Part shown: piece after piece, positions 28,215-37,218 of the stretch
How positions within the stretch are numbered: the stretch's first letter is position 1
How the letters are laid out: each line of letters begins with the position of its first letter
Source of the DNA: Candidatus Poribacteria bacterium
GTDB lineage: Bacteria; Poribacteria; WGA-4E; WGA-3G
Length of the DNA: 64,000 bases
Reading direction: 5' to 3'
NCBI GenBank assembly: GCA_964291315.2
Contig: OZ219750.1
Coordinates: 544,001 to 608,000 of the forward strand
The notes under the pieces: generated by a model
Database searches by the model: none
What the model was told of the DNA's origin: nothing
What the model saw: the letters and a program-made list of their open reading frames with translations, nothing else
Made by a program: the position numbers and the translations under genes

Positions 28215-29285
28215 GTGAAATCTCAAATCTTTTATGAACCCGAATCAATGAGTCTTGAAGACAGACCGGTACCGGCACCGGGCGACAATGATCTGTTAGT
28301 TCAAGTGCGTTCAGTAGGCATCTGTGGTTCAGATGTCGCATACTATTTCGGTAATAGCTCACTTGAGACTGATGATGGTAAAGGTCCACTTATCCTCGGG
28401 CACGAATTCACTGGCGAAGTCGTTGAAGTTGGCAATGAGGCAGGAACAACTGGTGGATTTAAAATCGGCGACAGGGTTGTTGTTAACCCTGTCCAATCGA
28501 ATCCTGATTCTTTCTGGAGCAAGAAAGGTTTGTCCAACCTGTGCCCGGAGAAACGCGTCCTCGGTGTAGGCGTTGATGGCGGTTTCGCCGAATATGCGGT
28601 TTCTGACTACCGTTGGACGGTCAAATTGCCGGATAACGTTACTTACGACCAAGGAGCGCTAACAGAGCCTCTAGCCTGTGGGCTCTATGCTGTCAACAAC
28701 CTTAATGCTGAAGAAGAGCAAACTGTTGTTGTCTTTGGGCCTGGACCTATCGGTCTGATGATGGTACAAGTCTTGAAGAGCCGCGGATTGAAAACCGTGC
28801 TGCTTGTTGGAACCCGCGATTATCGATTGGATTGTGGTAAGTCGCTCGGGGCAGACGTAGTTATCAACGTTGGTGATACGAACTCTCCACATTACGTTGA
28901 AGATTTGGGAGCTGCAATTCAGGAACTCAATAACGGAGAATTGGCAGACCGCGCGATTACAGCGACCAGCTCCCTAGATGCTATTCACTCCGCTTTAGAG
29001 ATCACTGGTAGGCACGCGACCGTCGTTATCTTCGGACTCCCTGGCGATACAGATGTCATGCAGGTTCCAATCCTTGATACCATTCTTATGGATAAAACCA
29101 TTAGATTCTCTTGGCTTGCACCGGATACGTGGGAAGAAGCGGTACAACTCATTTCGAGTAGTGATGTAGATATGGACAAAATTATCAGCCATGAGTTCTC
29201 ACTTGAATCGCTTGTTGAAGGGATAACGAAGGTACGCAACCGAGAAGAGGGTTGTACAAAAGGGATAATAAAAGTCTCTGCCTAG
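28215..29285 (+). CDS. Zn-dependent MDR alcohol/polyol dehydrogenase (sorbitol/threonine DH-like)
   Basis: GICGSD, GHEF.G, EPLAC, GPGPIG. Confidence 0.88.
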   Translation: MKSQIFYEPESMSLEDRPVPAPGDNDLLVQVRSVGICGSDVAYYFGNSSLETDDGKGPLILGHEFTGEVVEVGNEAGTTGGFKIGDRVVVNPVQSNPDSFWSKKGLSNLCPEKRVLGVGVDGGFAEYAVSDYRWTVKLPDNVTYDQGALTEPLACGLYAVNNLNAEEEQTVVVFGPGPIGLMMVQVLKSRGLKTVLLVGTRDYRLDCGKSLGADVVINVGDTNSPHYVEDLGAAIQELNNGELADRAITATSSLDAIHSALEITGRHATVVIFGLPGDTDVMQVPILDTILMDKTIRFSWLAPDTWEEAVQLISSSDVDMDKIISHEFSLESLVEGITKVRNREEGCTKGIIKVSA

Positions 29286-29298
29286 GCTGATAAGTAAC

Positions 29299-29643
29299 AT
29301 GGGTATCCCATTTTTTATCGTTTTTCTCCTTTCGATCGCTTTTTTGTCACTTGGGATAACTGGGTGGGGCGACTTCGTTTCGGTGGAGTGGGATAAGCAG
29401 GATTTATCTGAGGCAACCGGCGATCCCCGGGCTGTCTCCCCGTATCTTAGTTTTCAATCTAATTATTGGGCAATAGCACGGTGTTTCATGGGATTCTCGT
29501 TGTTTTTGGTGAGTCTTTATTTTATGGGTTTTTTTCTCTATCTCGAAGAGCGAGAAAGCGGACGAATTATGAAAAACGTTAAGAGCTTTGCCAGACTCCG
29601 CCAGTTTCTTGAACGACATGAAAAAAGAGACAGACGGCAATGA
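29299..29643 (+). CDS. Small two-TM membrane protein
   Basis: Two hydrophobic segments; directly follows the dehydrogenase. Confidence 0.6.
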   Translation: MGIPFFIVFLLSIAFLSLGITGWGDFVSVEWDKQDLSEATGDPRAVSPYLSFQSNYWAIARCFMGFSLFLVSLYFMGFFLYLEERESGRIMKNVKSFARLRQFLERHEKRDRRQ

Positions 29644-30088
29644 ATTCTCTCATACAATCTCTTGCTAAAGACCTCAAAGGGTGTCAGGTGTTGGTAGTTT
29701 ATGAGGTCGCGCTCTTCATAATATGCTGTGCTACACCGAACAATACTGATATTGATCCAAAGGCGATAGTTGGAATCTAGATTTTCGATGAAAGTTCTGG
29801 GAAGGTTGCTAAAGATTTGTCTGCGGATGGCAAAAGGGGTAACTCAGGAGAGCTGTTAGCTTTGCCGGTTCTGCTGATGTGAACACGCCAGTGAATAAGC
29901 TGAAGAAGTGGTATTTTGTCGTCGATACCTACAATTACACTGAGTCTGAGCTTTACATTGATACTACATTTAAAGCAAACCTCAAACCAAGTCGTTGTCC
30001 AGAGAAAGGGTTACTGATAGTCAATAGTCTGTCTCCGGCAGGGCACGGGCGTGACAGAGCCTATTTCAGATGCCGCATCGACGATTAG
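29640..30088 (+). pseudogene. Decayed LamG-like jellyroll protein gene
   Basis: IDPKAIVGI*IFDESSGKVAKDLS (TAG at 29778-29780 where W is expected); later frame WYFVVDTY..LYID...YF..RIDD. Confidence 0.65.
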
Positions 30089-30148
30089 GCGAATTGGTAA
30101 CGACATAGGACGTTTTGAAAGCACTTTGAAGAGGTAGATCCCGTCAGC

Positions 30149-31234
30149 ATGAAAGAACAATTAAAAAACGACTTGCTTCTTCGCGCATCGCGGTGCCAAC
30201 CGGTGGAGCGCGTACCTGTATGGATGATGAGGCAGGCCGGAAGATCAGATCCGCTTTATCGGCAGATTCGGCAAGAAATTAACCTCCCTTTAGAACGACT
30301 TTTCCGAACCTGCCCTACACCTACACCTATATTGGACACTGATATAGCTAGGGTGGTCGAAATCTCACTTCTGCCGAGGCGCATTGGTGTGGATGCTATT
30401 ATCGTCTACAAAGATATTCTTACACCGCTTGCCCCGATGGGTGCGCACTTCCGATTTAAACCAGGGCCTATCCTGAGTTCACCGATTCGGACTCAGGCAC
30501 AAATAGATGCGCTTCAGCCACTCCATGAAACATCGATCCAATTGGCATTTACTGGACGGGTCATTCGTGAGCTCAGCGAAACCTTGAATGGAGAGTTACC
30601 GCTCATCGGTTTTGCCGGTGCACCTTTGACGCTGGCCTTTTTTCTTGTTGCAGGAGAAAGTCCTATTAAGCGTGGTACCGGGGTATCCGAGAAAGCAACT
30701 CTTGTTTTCCAAATGATGGAAGAGGCACCTGAACTCTTACATTGTCTTCTAAATAAATTGACAGATATGACAATTCGTTATTTAAACTACCAAATCAGCC
30801 AGGGCGTTCAGGTGGTGCAACTGTTTGAGTCGATCGCGAGTGTTTTATCGCGCCAGAGGTACAAAACTTTTGCATATCCGTATCACCAGCGAATTTTCGC
30901 TGAAGTCAACTCAGAAACGCCGCGGATACTCTTTGCAAAAGAGTGTTCTTACCTTGATTTAATGCATCAGAGCGGGGCAGATGTACTGAGTGTTGGAAAA
31001 TGTGTTGATCTCGTCAAAGCTAAAGCCTTGACAAATGGTGCTGTCGCTTTTCAGGGGAATGTTGACAATGATCTTCTCCGAGATGGGACACTTGATGATA
31101 TCACATCAGCCGTTGAGACTTGTTTGAAACGCGGGGGTGGGATTGGACATATTTTGAATCTGAGCCATGGTCTTCATAAAGACACACCTTTTGAAAATGT
31201 TAAACATTTTGTCAATATTGCGAAAACGCTGTAG
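30149..31234 (+). CDS. hemE: Uroporphyrinogen decarboxylase
   Basis: PVWMMRQAGR, LIGFAGAP, QGNVD, HILNLSHG. Confidence 0.9.
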   Translation: MKEQLKNDLLLRASRCQPVERVPVWMMRQAGRSDPLYRQIRQEINLPLERLFRTCPTPTPILDTDIARVVEISLLPRRIGVDAIIVYKDILTPLAPMGAHFRFKPGPILSSPIRTQAQIDALQPLHETSIQLAFTGRVIRELSETLNGELPLIGFAGAPLTLAFFLVAGESPIKRGTGVSEKATLVFQMMEEAPELLHCLLNKLTDMTIRYLNYQISQGVQVVQLFESIASVLSRQRYKTFAYPYHQRIFAEVNSETPRILFAKECSYLDLMHQSGADVLSVGKCVDLVKAKALTNGAVAFQGNVDNDLLRDGTLDDITSAVETCLKRGGGIGHILNLSHGLHKDTPFENVKHFVNIAKTL

Positions 31235-31242
31235 GAAAATTA

Positions 31243-32700
31243 ATGAGAAACGTTTTGGCAAACCCCTTTGCCCCGCAACAATATGGGCAGCTCGTTAAAG
31301 TAACGAAGCGTGTGTATCTATTTCGGAATATCGTCAACTCCTCTATCATTATTGGTGATAAAGGGGTTGCGGTAATCGATACACAAGTAAATAAAAGGAT
31401 GGCACAGCGGCTCCTTAACGCTATTCGCACTATCACAGATAAACCTATTCTATACGCTATTAACACCCATTATCACTGGGATCATACGAATGGAAATACT
31501 GTTTTTCACGGAATAGGAGCAACTGTTGTTGCTCGTGAAATGACAAAAGACTTTATGGTAAATAGGTCCCCTCGGCAAGAGGCTTTCCTCCGTTCTCGCG
31601 GTTTTACCCTTGGGGATGCCCCCTTTCTTCCACAGGAAACCTTTGAACATGAAAGAGAACTCGATTTAGGCGATCAACTCCTTCATCTTATCCACTTAGG
31701 AAAAGCGGAAACAGACGATGCAACTGCTATCAGAATTCCAGCCGAGGGATGCATTGTCTCTGGTGATACTGTCATGACTGGAAGTTTTCCTATCTTTGGG
31801 CAACCTGTCATGAACGAGGGGCTCATGGCGAACCACGATTGGATTAACACAATTCAAGAGCTCCGCACATACGATCCGAAACATGTACTGCCCGGACATG
31901 GCCCTTTAGCACATACAGCAGAAATTGATTTGTTGCTCCAGATTGAAACCTATTTTTTGACAGAGGTCCGGAAACGTTTTGAACAAGGCATGTCCTTGGC
32001 AACATTGTTGGCTGACATAGAAGCTAACTTACCCGATTGGATTCGGGATATCAATGAGGTTTGGGGAACCCCGCGTTATGCCATTTTAAGAGTATACCGT
32101 GGATTAATAGATGATCCGGAGTTAGGTTGGCAACACCTCAAACCCTCCGCTATTCCAGCTGCTGACCCTGAAACGCTGCACCAAAAGACACACGAACTTC
32201 AACACTTTGAATCGTATTGTGAAACTGCTGAAGAAGTAGCAGAGGGTGATGACTTCGGTTTAGCTATCGCTGTTTTAAAAAGCGGCACCGAAAAATATCC
32301 GAATCTACCTGATGCATGGACAGCTTATGCAGATATGCTCACACGAGCATCACGCACAGTCTCGAGTGTACTCGAAAAAGGTGATTTCTTTGCTGAGGTA
32401 GAAAGGGCTTTGAATATCGCACTTGAATTGAACCCTGATTATGCCCCGGCCCATCTTCTGCGTGGTTACAACCTTATCCTATCCGCTTACCGCAACGGCG
32501 ATGAAACAGAACCAGGGCTTGAGTCTATCTATAAAGCCTTGGTTGCTGGGATCCAGGGCACACAACTGGCACAGGCCTACTTTTCTATCGGTCTCGCGCA
32601 TCGGACAAATGGAGACGAAGAGCTGGCACATGAAGCGTTCGCGAAGGCAATTGCTGCTGACCCAAGGTTTATGCCAGCACAACTCGCTAATATGGCATAG
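31243..32700 (+). CDS. MBL-fold metallo-hydrolase with C-terminal TPR region
   Basis: THYHWDH, SGD, PGHG; TPR-like helices (ALELNPDYAPAH, AIAADPRF). Confidence 0.8.
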   Translation: MRNVLANPFAPQQYGQLVKVTKRVYLFRNIVNSSIIIGDKGVAVIDTQVNKRMAQRLLNAIRTITDKPILYAINTHYHWDHTNGNTVFHGIGATVVAREMTKDFMVNRSPRQEAFLRSRGFTLGDAPFLPQETFEHERELDLGDQLLHLIHLGKAETDDATAIRIPAEGCIVSGDTVMTGSFPIFGQPVMNEGLMANHDWINTIQELRTYDPKHVLPGHGPLAHTAEIDLLLQIETYFLTEVRKRFEQGMSLATLLADIEANLPDWIRDINEVWGTPRYAILRVYRGLIDDPELGWQHLKPSAIPAADPETLHQKTHELQHFESYCETAEEVAEGDDFGLAIAVLKSGTEKYPNLPDAWTAYADMLTRASRTVSSVLEKGDFFAEVERALNIALELNPDYAPAHLLRGYNLILSAYRNGDETEPGLESIYKALVAGIQGTQLAQAYFSIGLAHRTNGDEELAHEAFAKAIAADPRFMPAQLANMA

Positions 32701-32714
32701 GAGAAATACTGAAA

Positions 32715-33662
32715 ATGAGATACGACAGTGTTTTGCTCATTGCATTTGGGGGACCAGCCCCTGGATGCTGTCAAAGATACAGTAGTGATACATGTCCTGG
32801 GGAAGCCTATTGTTTTGTGCAAGGAATTGTTGGGACGGCCGAGTCTCAAATAGAACGTATAAAAGATATTACTGCACATTATGTCCAATTAGGTGGTTTT
32901 TCACCATTCAACAAATTAACTTTCGAGCAAGCGACCTCATTAGAAAACGCGTTACATAAACGAGCTATACCGCTTCCTGTTTATGCCGGATTTAGGCACT
33001 GGAGCCCCTATTTAAAAGATGTCATCGCGGAAATGGCACAGAAAGGTCATCGTAAAATACTCGGAATCATCATGGCACCGCACCAGTCCAAAGTTAGTTG
33101 GGAGTGGTATCAACAAACAGTAAAGAAAGGTATAGATGCTGTCGATGGTGAGAAACCGACTGTTGACTATCTCGCCCCGTGGTACACACACGAAGGCTAT
33201 GTAGGTGCAATTGCTGAAATTATTAAAATGGCATGTGGTGACAAATTGGAACGCGCTGAGCTTGTCTTCACAGCACATGCAATTCCGAAAGCGGCGGCGG
33301 ATACCTCACCTTACACGCAACAGTTTAGAAAAACCGGCGAAGCGGTTGCCCAAGAGATAGGGAAAACCCGATTCAGTCTGGTGTATCAGAGTGCTGTAGA
33401 AAACAGCCCAATACCTTGGACGCAACCTGATATTAACGATTGGATTAGAGCACGTGAAGCGAAGGGTGTTGATACCGTTGTCGCATCTCCAATCGGTTTT
33501 CTTTGTGACCATGTGGAAGTTCTCTATGATCTGGATATAGAGGCAGTGGAAACTGCAGCAGCGTGTGGCGTGGATTTTATTCGCGCGGGAACTGTGGGTG
33601 CCCATCCTAAATTTATCAACATGTTAGCGGACTTCGTTTGTGAGAAATCTGTGAGTAGATAG
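32715..33662 (+). CDS. hemH: Ferrochelatase (HemH/CpfC)
   Basis: LLIAFGGP, GGFSP, FTAHAIP, YQS..W..P, PIGFLCDHVEVLYDLD. Confidence 0.92.
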   Translation: MRYDSVLLIAFGGPAPGCCQRYSSDTCPGEAYCFVQGIVGTAESQIERIKDITAHYVQLGGFSPFNKLTFEQATSLENALHKRAIPLPVYAGFRHWSPYLKDVIAEMAQKGHRKILGIIMAPHQSKVSWEWYQQTVKKGIDAVDGEKPTVDYLAPWYTHEGYVGAIAEIIKMACGDKLERAELVFTAHAIPKAAADTSPYTQQFRKTGEAVAQEIGKTRFSLVYQSAVENSPIPWTQPDINDWIRAREAKGVDTVVASPIGFLCDHVEVLYDLDIEAVETAAACGVDFIRAGTVGAHPKFINMLADFVCEKSVSR

Positions 33663-33734
33663 GACTAACTTTGCACTTCTGCAAATGTAGCGATCAGAAA
33701 GTGTCGGTAAAGTGGTTTTGGATTGAGAGGTTTT

Positions 33735-35150
33735 ATGTCAAAAAATTCGGTTAGGAAGCATGCCGTTGTTGTCGGTGGTGGTATTACAGGACTAGCAGCA
33801 TGCTATCGCTTGCAACGCGTGGCGGCAGAGCGCAATATTCCGCTTGATGTTACACTTCTTGAAGCGACTGACCGCGTCGGTGGGGTTATTCGTACTGAAT
33901 ATCGCTATGGCTTCGTCCTTGAGCACGGTCCGGATGCTTTCATTTCGACAAAACCTGGAGCGAAGGTGCTCTGTGAAGAGCTGGGTATTGCAGATCAACT
34001 CATCGGAACTAACCCAGAAGTTCGTCGAAGCTTCGTTGTCCGAAACGGAGAGCTTCATCCGGTCCCTGAAGGCTTTTACATGATCGCACCGGGGTCTTTC
34101 AAGCCGTTTTTGAAAAGCTCGCTTTTCAGTTGGCGAGGTAAGCTGCGAATGGCAATGGAGCTTTTTGTTCCACCTCGTGGTAGAGATACGGATGAAGCCG
34201 TAGCGCACTTCGTCAGACGGCGCCTTGGGACAGAAGCTTTCGCACGAATAGCACAGCCTATGATAGGGGGCATCTATACCTCAGATGCCGAAAACCTCAG
34301 TCTGAGGGCTACCTTTCCAAGATTCTTGGAGATGGAAGACACGCACGGAAGTATTATAAAGGCGCTTCGCGCACAAAAAAAGCAGGCATCCCAAACCAGT
34401 CAGGGGACAAGTGGTCCTCGCTATAGTCTTTTTCTTTCATTCAAATCTGGCATGCAAACCTTAGTTGACGCACTCACTGAGGCTGTTTCGGATTCTATTC
34501 GAATAAATGCCAAAGTAGAACATATCCGGCATAGTCAAGACGAGGGGTGGTGTGTTTCACTATCTAACAAGAAGGTGCTCAAGGCGCAATTCCTCTGCTT
34601 TGCTCTACCGGCACCACAGACTGCGGCACTCCTCCGAAACGTTTCCTCTCCACTTGCCACGCAAATTAGTGGGATTCCCTATGCCTCTTCGGCAACTGTC
34701 AATTTAGCGTTCCACCGGGCAGATATCACACACCCGCTGGATGGTATGGGATTTGTTGTTCCTGCGACTGAAAACCTGTCTCTCATCGGTTGTTCATTCA
34801 GTAGCATCAAATTTGAGGGGCGCGCACCAGCTGAACATGTTCTGTTACGAGCTTTTGTCGGGGAACCGAGGGCTAAAGAGTCTGAAAATGAACTTATTGA
34901 ACTCTGTCAAGCAGATCTAACGCGGGTTCTCGGCATTAAAAGAGATCCACGATTTGCTATCGTTAGTAAGTATCCAAAGGCAATGGCACAGTATCAAGTC
35001 GGACACGAAGAGGTCATTAGTGGCGTAGAACGGCTCGTTGGAGAATTGCCTGGATTTGCGATCTCAGGCAATGGTTATTATGGGGTCGGTATCCCAGACT
35101 GTATTCGCAGTGGGGAACAAGCTGCGGTTTCGCTCTTAGGTGCCTTGTGA
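33735..35150 (+). CDS. hemY: Proto/coproporphyrinogen oxidase (HemY/CgoX)
   Basis: GGGITGL, EATDRVGG, EHGPDAF, QYQVGH, GVGIPDCI. Confidence 0.9.
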   Translation: MSKNSVRKHAVVVGGGITGLAACYRLQRVAAERNIPLDVTLLEATDRVGGVIRTEYRYGFVLEHGPDAFISTKPGAKVLCEELGIADQLIGTNPEVRRSFVVRNGELHPVPEGFYMIAPGSFKPFLKSSLFSWRGKLRMAMELFVPPRGRDTDEAVAHFVRRRLGTEAFARIAQPMIGGIYTSDAENLSLRATFPRFLEMEDTHGSIIKALRAQKKQASQTSQGTSGPRYSLFLSFKSGMQTLVDALTEAVSDSIRINAKVEHIRHSQDEGWCVSLSNKKVLKAQFLCFALPAPQTAALLRNVSSPLATQISGIPYASSATVNLAFHRADITHPLDGMGFVVPATENLSLIGCSFSSIKFEGRAPAEHVLLRAFVGEPRAKESENELIELCQADLTRVLGIKRDPRFAIVSKYPKAMAQYQVGHEEVISGVERLVGELPGFAISGNGYYGVGIPDCIRSGEQAAVSLLGAL

Positions 35151-35159
35151 GGAGGCGTA

Positions 35160-36182
35160 ATGCCCTTGATACGAACGCCCCGATGCTTCACAATCGGTGT
35201 TAGTTTTGCGGTTCTCGGATGTGCTCTAGCTCTATTAATTGGTAACCTGGTACTTCATGCTGAAAACCGTGCCGACCCGGTAGTAGAGGCGTATCAAAGC
35301 TTTAAGGATGGGAAGTGTAAAAGCTGCCATCCTGCAATCTGGAGAGAATGGGAAAATTCGATGCACGCGAAGGCATGGGTTGATGAGATCTATCAGGCGG
35401 CGGCAAGCCAAGTCTCAGATAGAGAGACGAAGTGTGATCAGTGCCATGCCCCTCAACCAATTCTTATTACAGGTATTGGGAAAATGCCGAAACTCAGAAA
35501 TAGGCAGCGAGAAACTGGGGTTTCTTGTCTAGTGTGTCATCTTGATGCAAGCGGTGCGATGCACGGGCCTCCTGCAAGCGCGGAAACCTACTTTCATGCC
35601 AACTTAACCAATCCGATCTATACGGAGCCAACTACTCTCTGCGCTACTTGTCACGGTCAGCCAAGCGTTCCTGAACACGACCAAATTTCCAGTTTTCTCA
35701 GTAGTAGGTTCGCTGAAGATGGGCAAGGTTGCGCGACGTGTCACATGCCGGTTATTACCCGATTACAAAGCATAACAAGTTATGAAAGTATCAAAGGGCG
35801 GAAACATACTTGGCGTGGTAGTCGAAGCGTTGCCCAACTCAGGCGTGCTGCAGGTCTTCAACTTGAATACAAAGCAGGAAAGGTGAGTGTAAGACTCGGG
35901 AGTAAGACGGGACACATCCTCCCAGGCGGGACTTTGCGAACTATCATACTTGAAGTTGCACTTCTTGCATCAGATGGGACTGAACGTCAAAAACAAAAGA
36001 TCTCAATTTCTGCTGACGAAGAGAACCGTCTGCTTCCAGATGAAAGTAGGTATTACATTTTTGATGTTCCATCTGCTACAACTGGGGACACAATCAGAGC
36101 ACGATTGAGGTACCGATTGACACCAAAAGCGCCGGAATCTGCTTGGATGTTAATGGCAGAAGCAATTCATGTTCTACCTTGA
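35160..36182 (+). CDS. Exported multiheme c-type cytochrome (5 CxxCH)
   Basis: CKSCH, CDQCH, CLVCH, CATCH, CATCH; W..SMHA motif; N-terminal hydrophobic segment. Confidence 0.88.
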   Translation: MPLIRTPRCFTIGVSFAVLGCALALLIGNLVLHAENRADPVVEAYQSFKDGKCKSCHPAIWREWENSMHAKAWVDEIYQAAASQVSDRETKCDQCHAPQPILITGIGKMPKLRNRQRETGVSCLVCHLDASGAMHGPPASAETYFHANLTNPIYTEPTTLCATCHGQPSVPEHDQISSFLSSRFAEDGQGCATCHMPVITRLQSITSYESIKGRKHTWRGSRSVAQLRRAAGLQLEYKAGKVSVRLGSKTGHILPGGTLRTIILEVALLASDGTERQKQKISISADEENRLLPDESRYYIFDVPSATTGDTIRARLRYRLTPKAPESAWMLMAEAIHVLP

Positions 36183-36642
36183 TACATTTGGGATCCACTA
36201 AGTTTTCATATTAGGTAAGGGATCGAAACCCGGCAGCAGCTTTAGTCTCGGTGTGCCCGCTAGATAACATCCGCTGATACCGATTTCAGGTGTGCTTGTT
36301 AGGGTTTGAAAGTGGAACTTCAGAAGAAACCTAGTAACCCAACACGCCGGACATTCGTTCTATTTCTGGAGAACCGTGCTATTGACAATCAAGATGGAGC
36401 TTCTCAGTCTATAATCGATGCAAGCGTCTTAGGTTCTTGGATAGCCTATTGTCAATGCGGTAGACGCGTTGTGCTCTGCGGACTATTACCGGCTTTCCGA
36501 TCAGTTGGGTCCAAATAAGGCACAGTTCCGAGCTCCACAGTTGTCTCGGGAAGTATTAGGATTTTGAGGAGCAGGAAACCGCCTATGTTAATCTGATTTT
36601 TCAGATTTAGTCAAAATGAGATTATCTTTGATGCATTTTCCC

Positions 36643-36766
36643 TTGACAGTTTAAGTGTTTTATAGTAAAATGTCAGGTAGCTTATAGGTTTCTACGTGAA
36701 CGTTCGAAAATCTCCAGAATAGGATTGAAATTTTGATTTGACATATTTTAATGGTTGTGGTATCAT
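36643..36766 (+). promoter_or_regulatory. Two tandem sigma70 promoters
   Basis: TTGACA(36643)-17-TAAAAT and TTGACA(36738)-17-TATCAT. Confidence 0.7.
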
Positions 36767-37218
36767 ATATAAGCAGACTGCAGTTTAATCGATAGAGATA
36801 CTAAGATGATATACCGATGCGGCGGGAGCAAATATTCACCGATTGCATAAAAACATCACGTAATTGCAAGTCAGTTTGGTTCAGAACATTTGTCCTAATG
36901 ACTAGATATGTCTGCTACGTAGCGATTAATTAAATGGTTGCTTAATTTTGTTACCTTTGTTAGAATAAATAAAAAATTCCCGCAATGTCGAGCATAAAAG
37001 TTAAGTCTTGTTTTCCACTTACGTTTGACTTATGTTTTATGTGCTACTGACTCTATCCGAGGGATACATCGGTACCGGGGAATTTCAAGTTCGTTGGTAG
37101 AATGTTATTTGGATGGGCAGACATCTACCCCGATCGCTTTTGTCGTATTCGCGCTTACCCATCTAAAACTCAGTACTTAGTCTCGCTTGCGCGTAGACTT
37201 AATGAGGAGGATAAGTTA

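Noticed and set aside
36230-36560. Minus-strand frame faintly resembling FtsL with three in-frame TAGs (possible recoding)
   Set aside because: Similarity is weak, there is no start or RBS, a TGA also interrupts, and TAG is a normal stop in many genes here.
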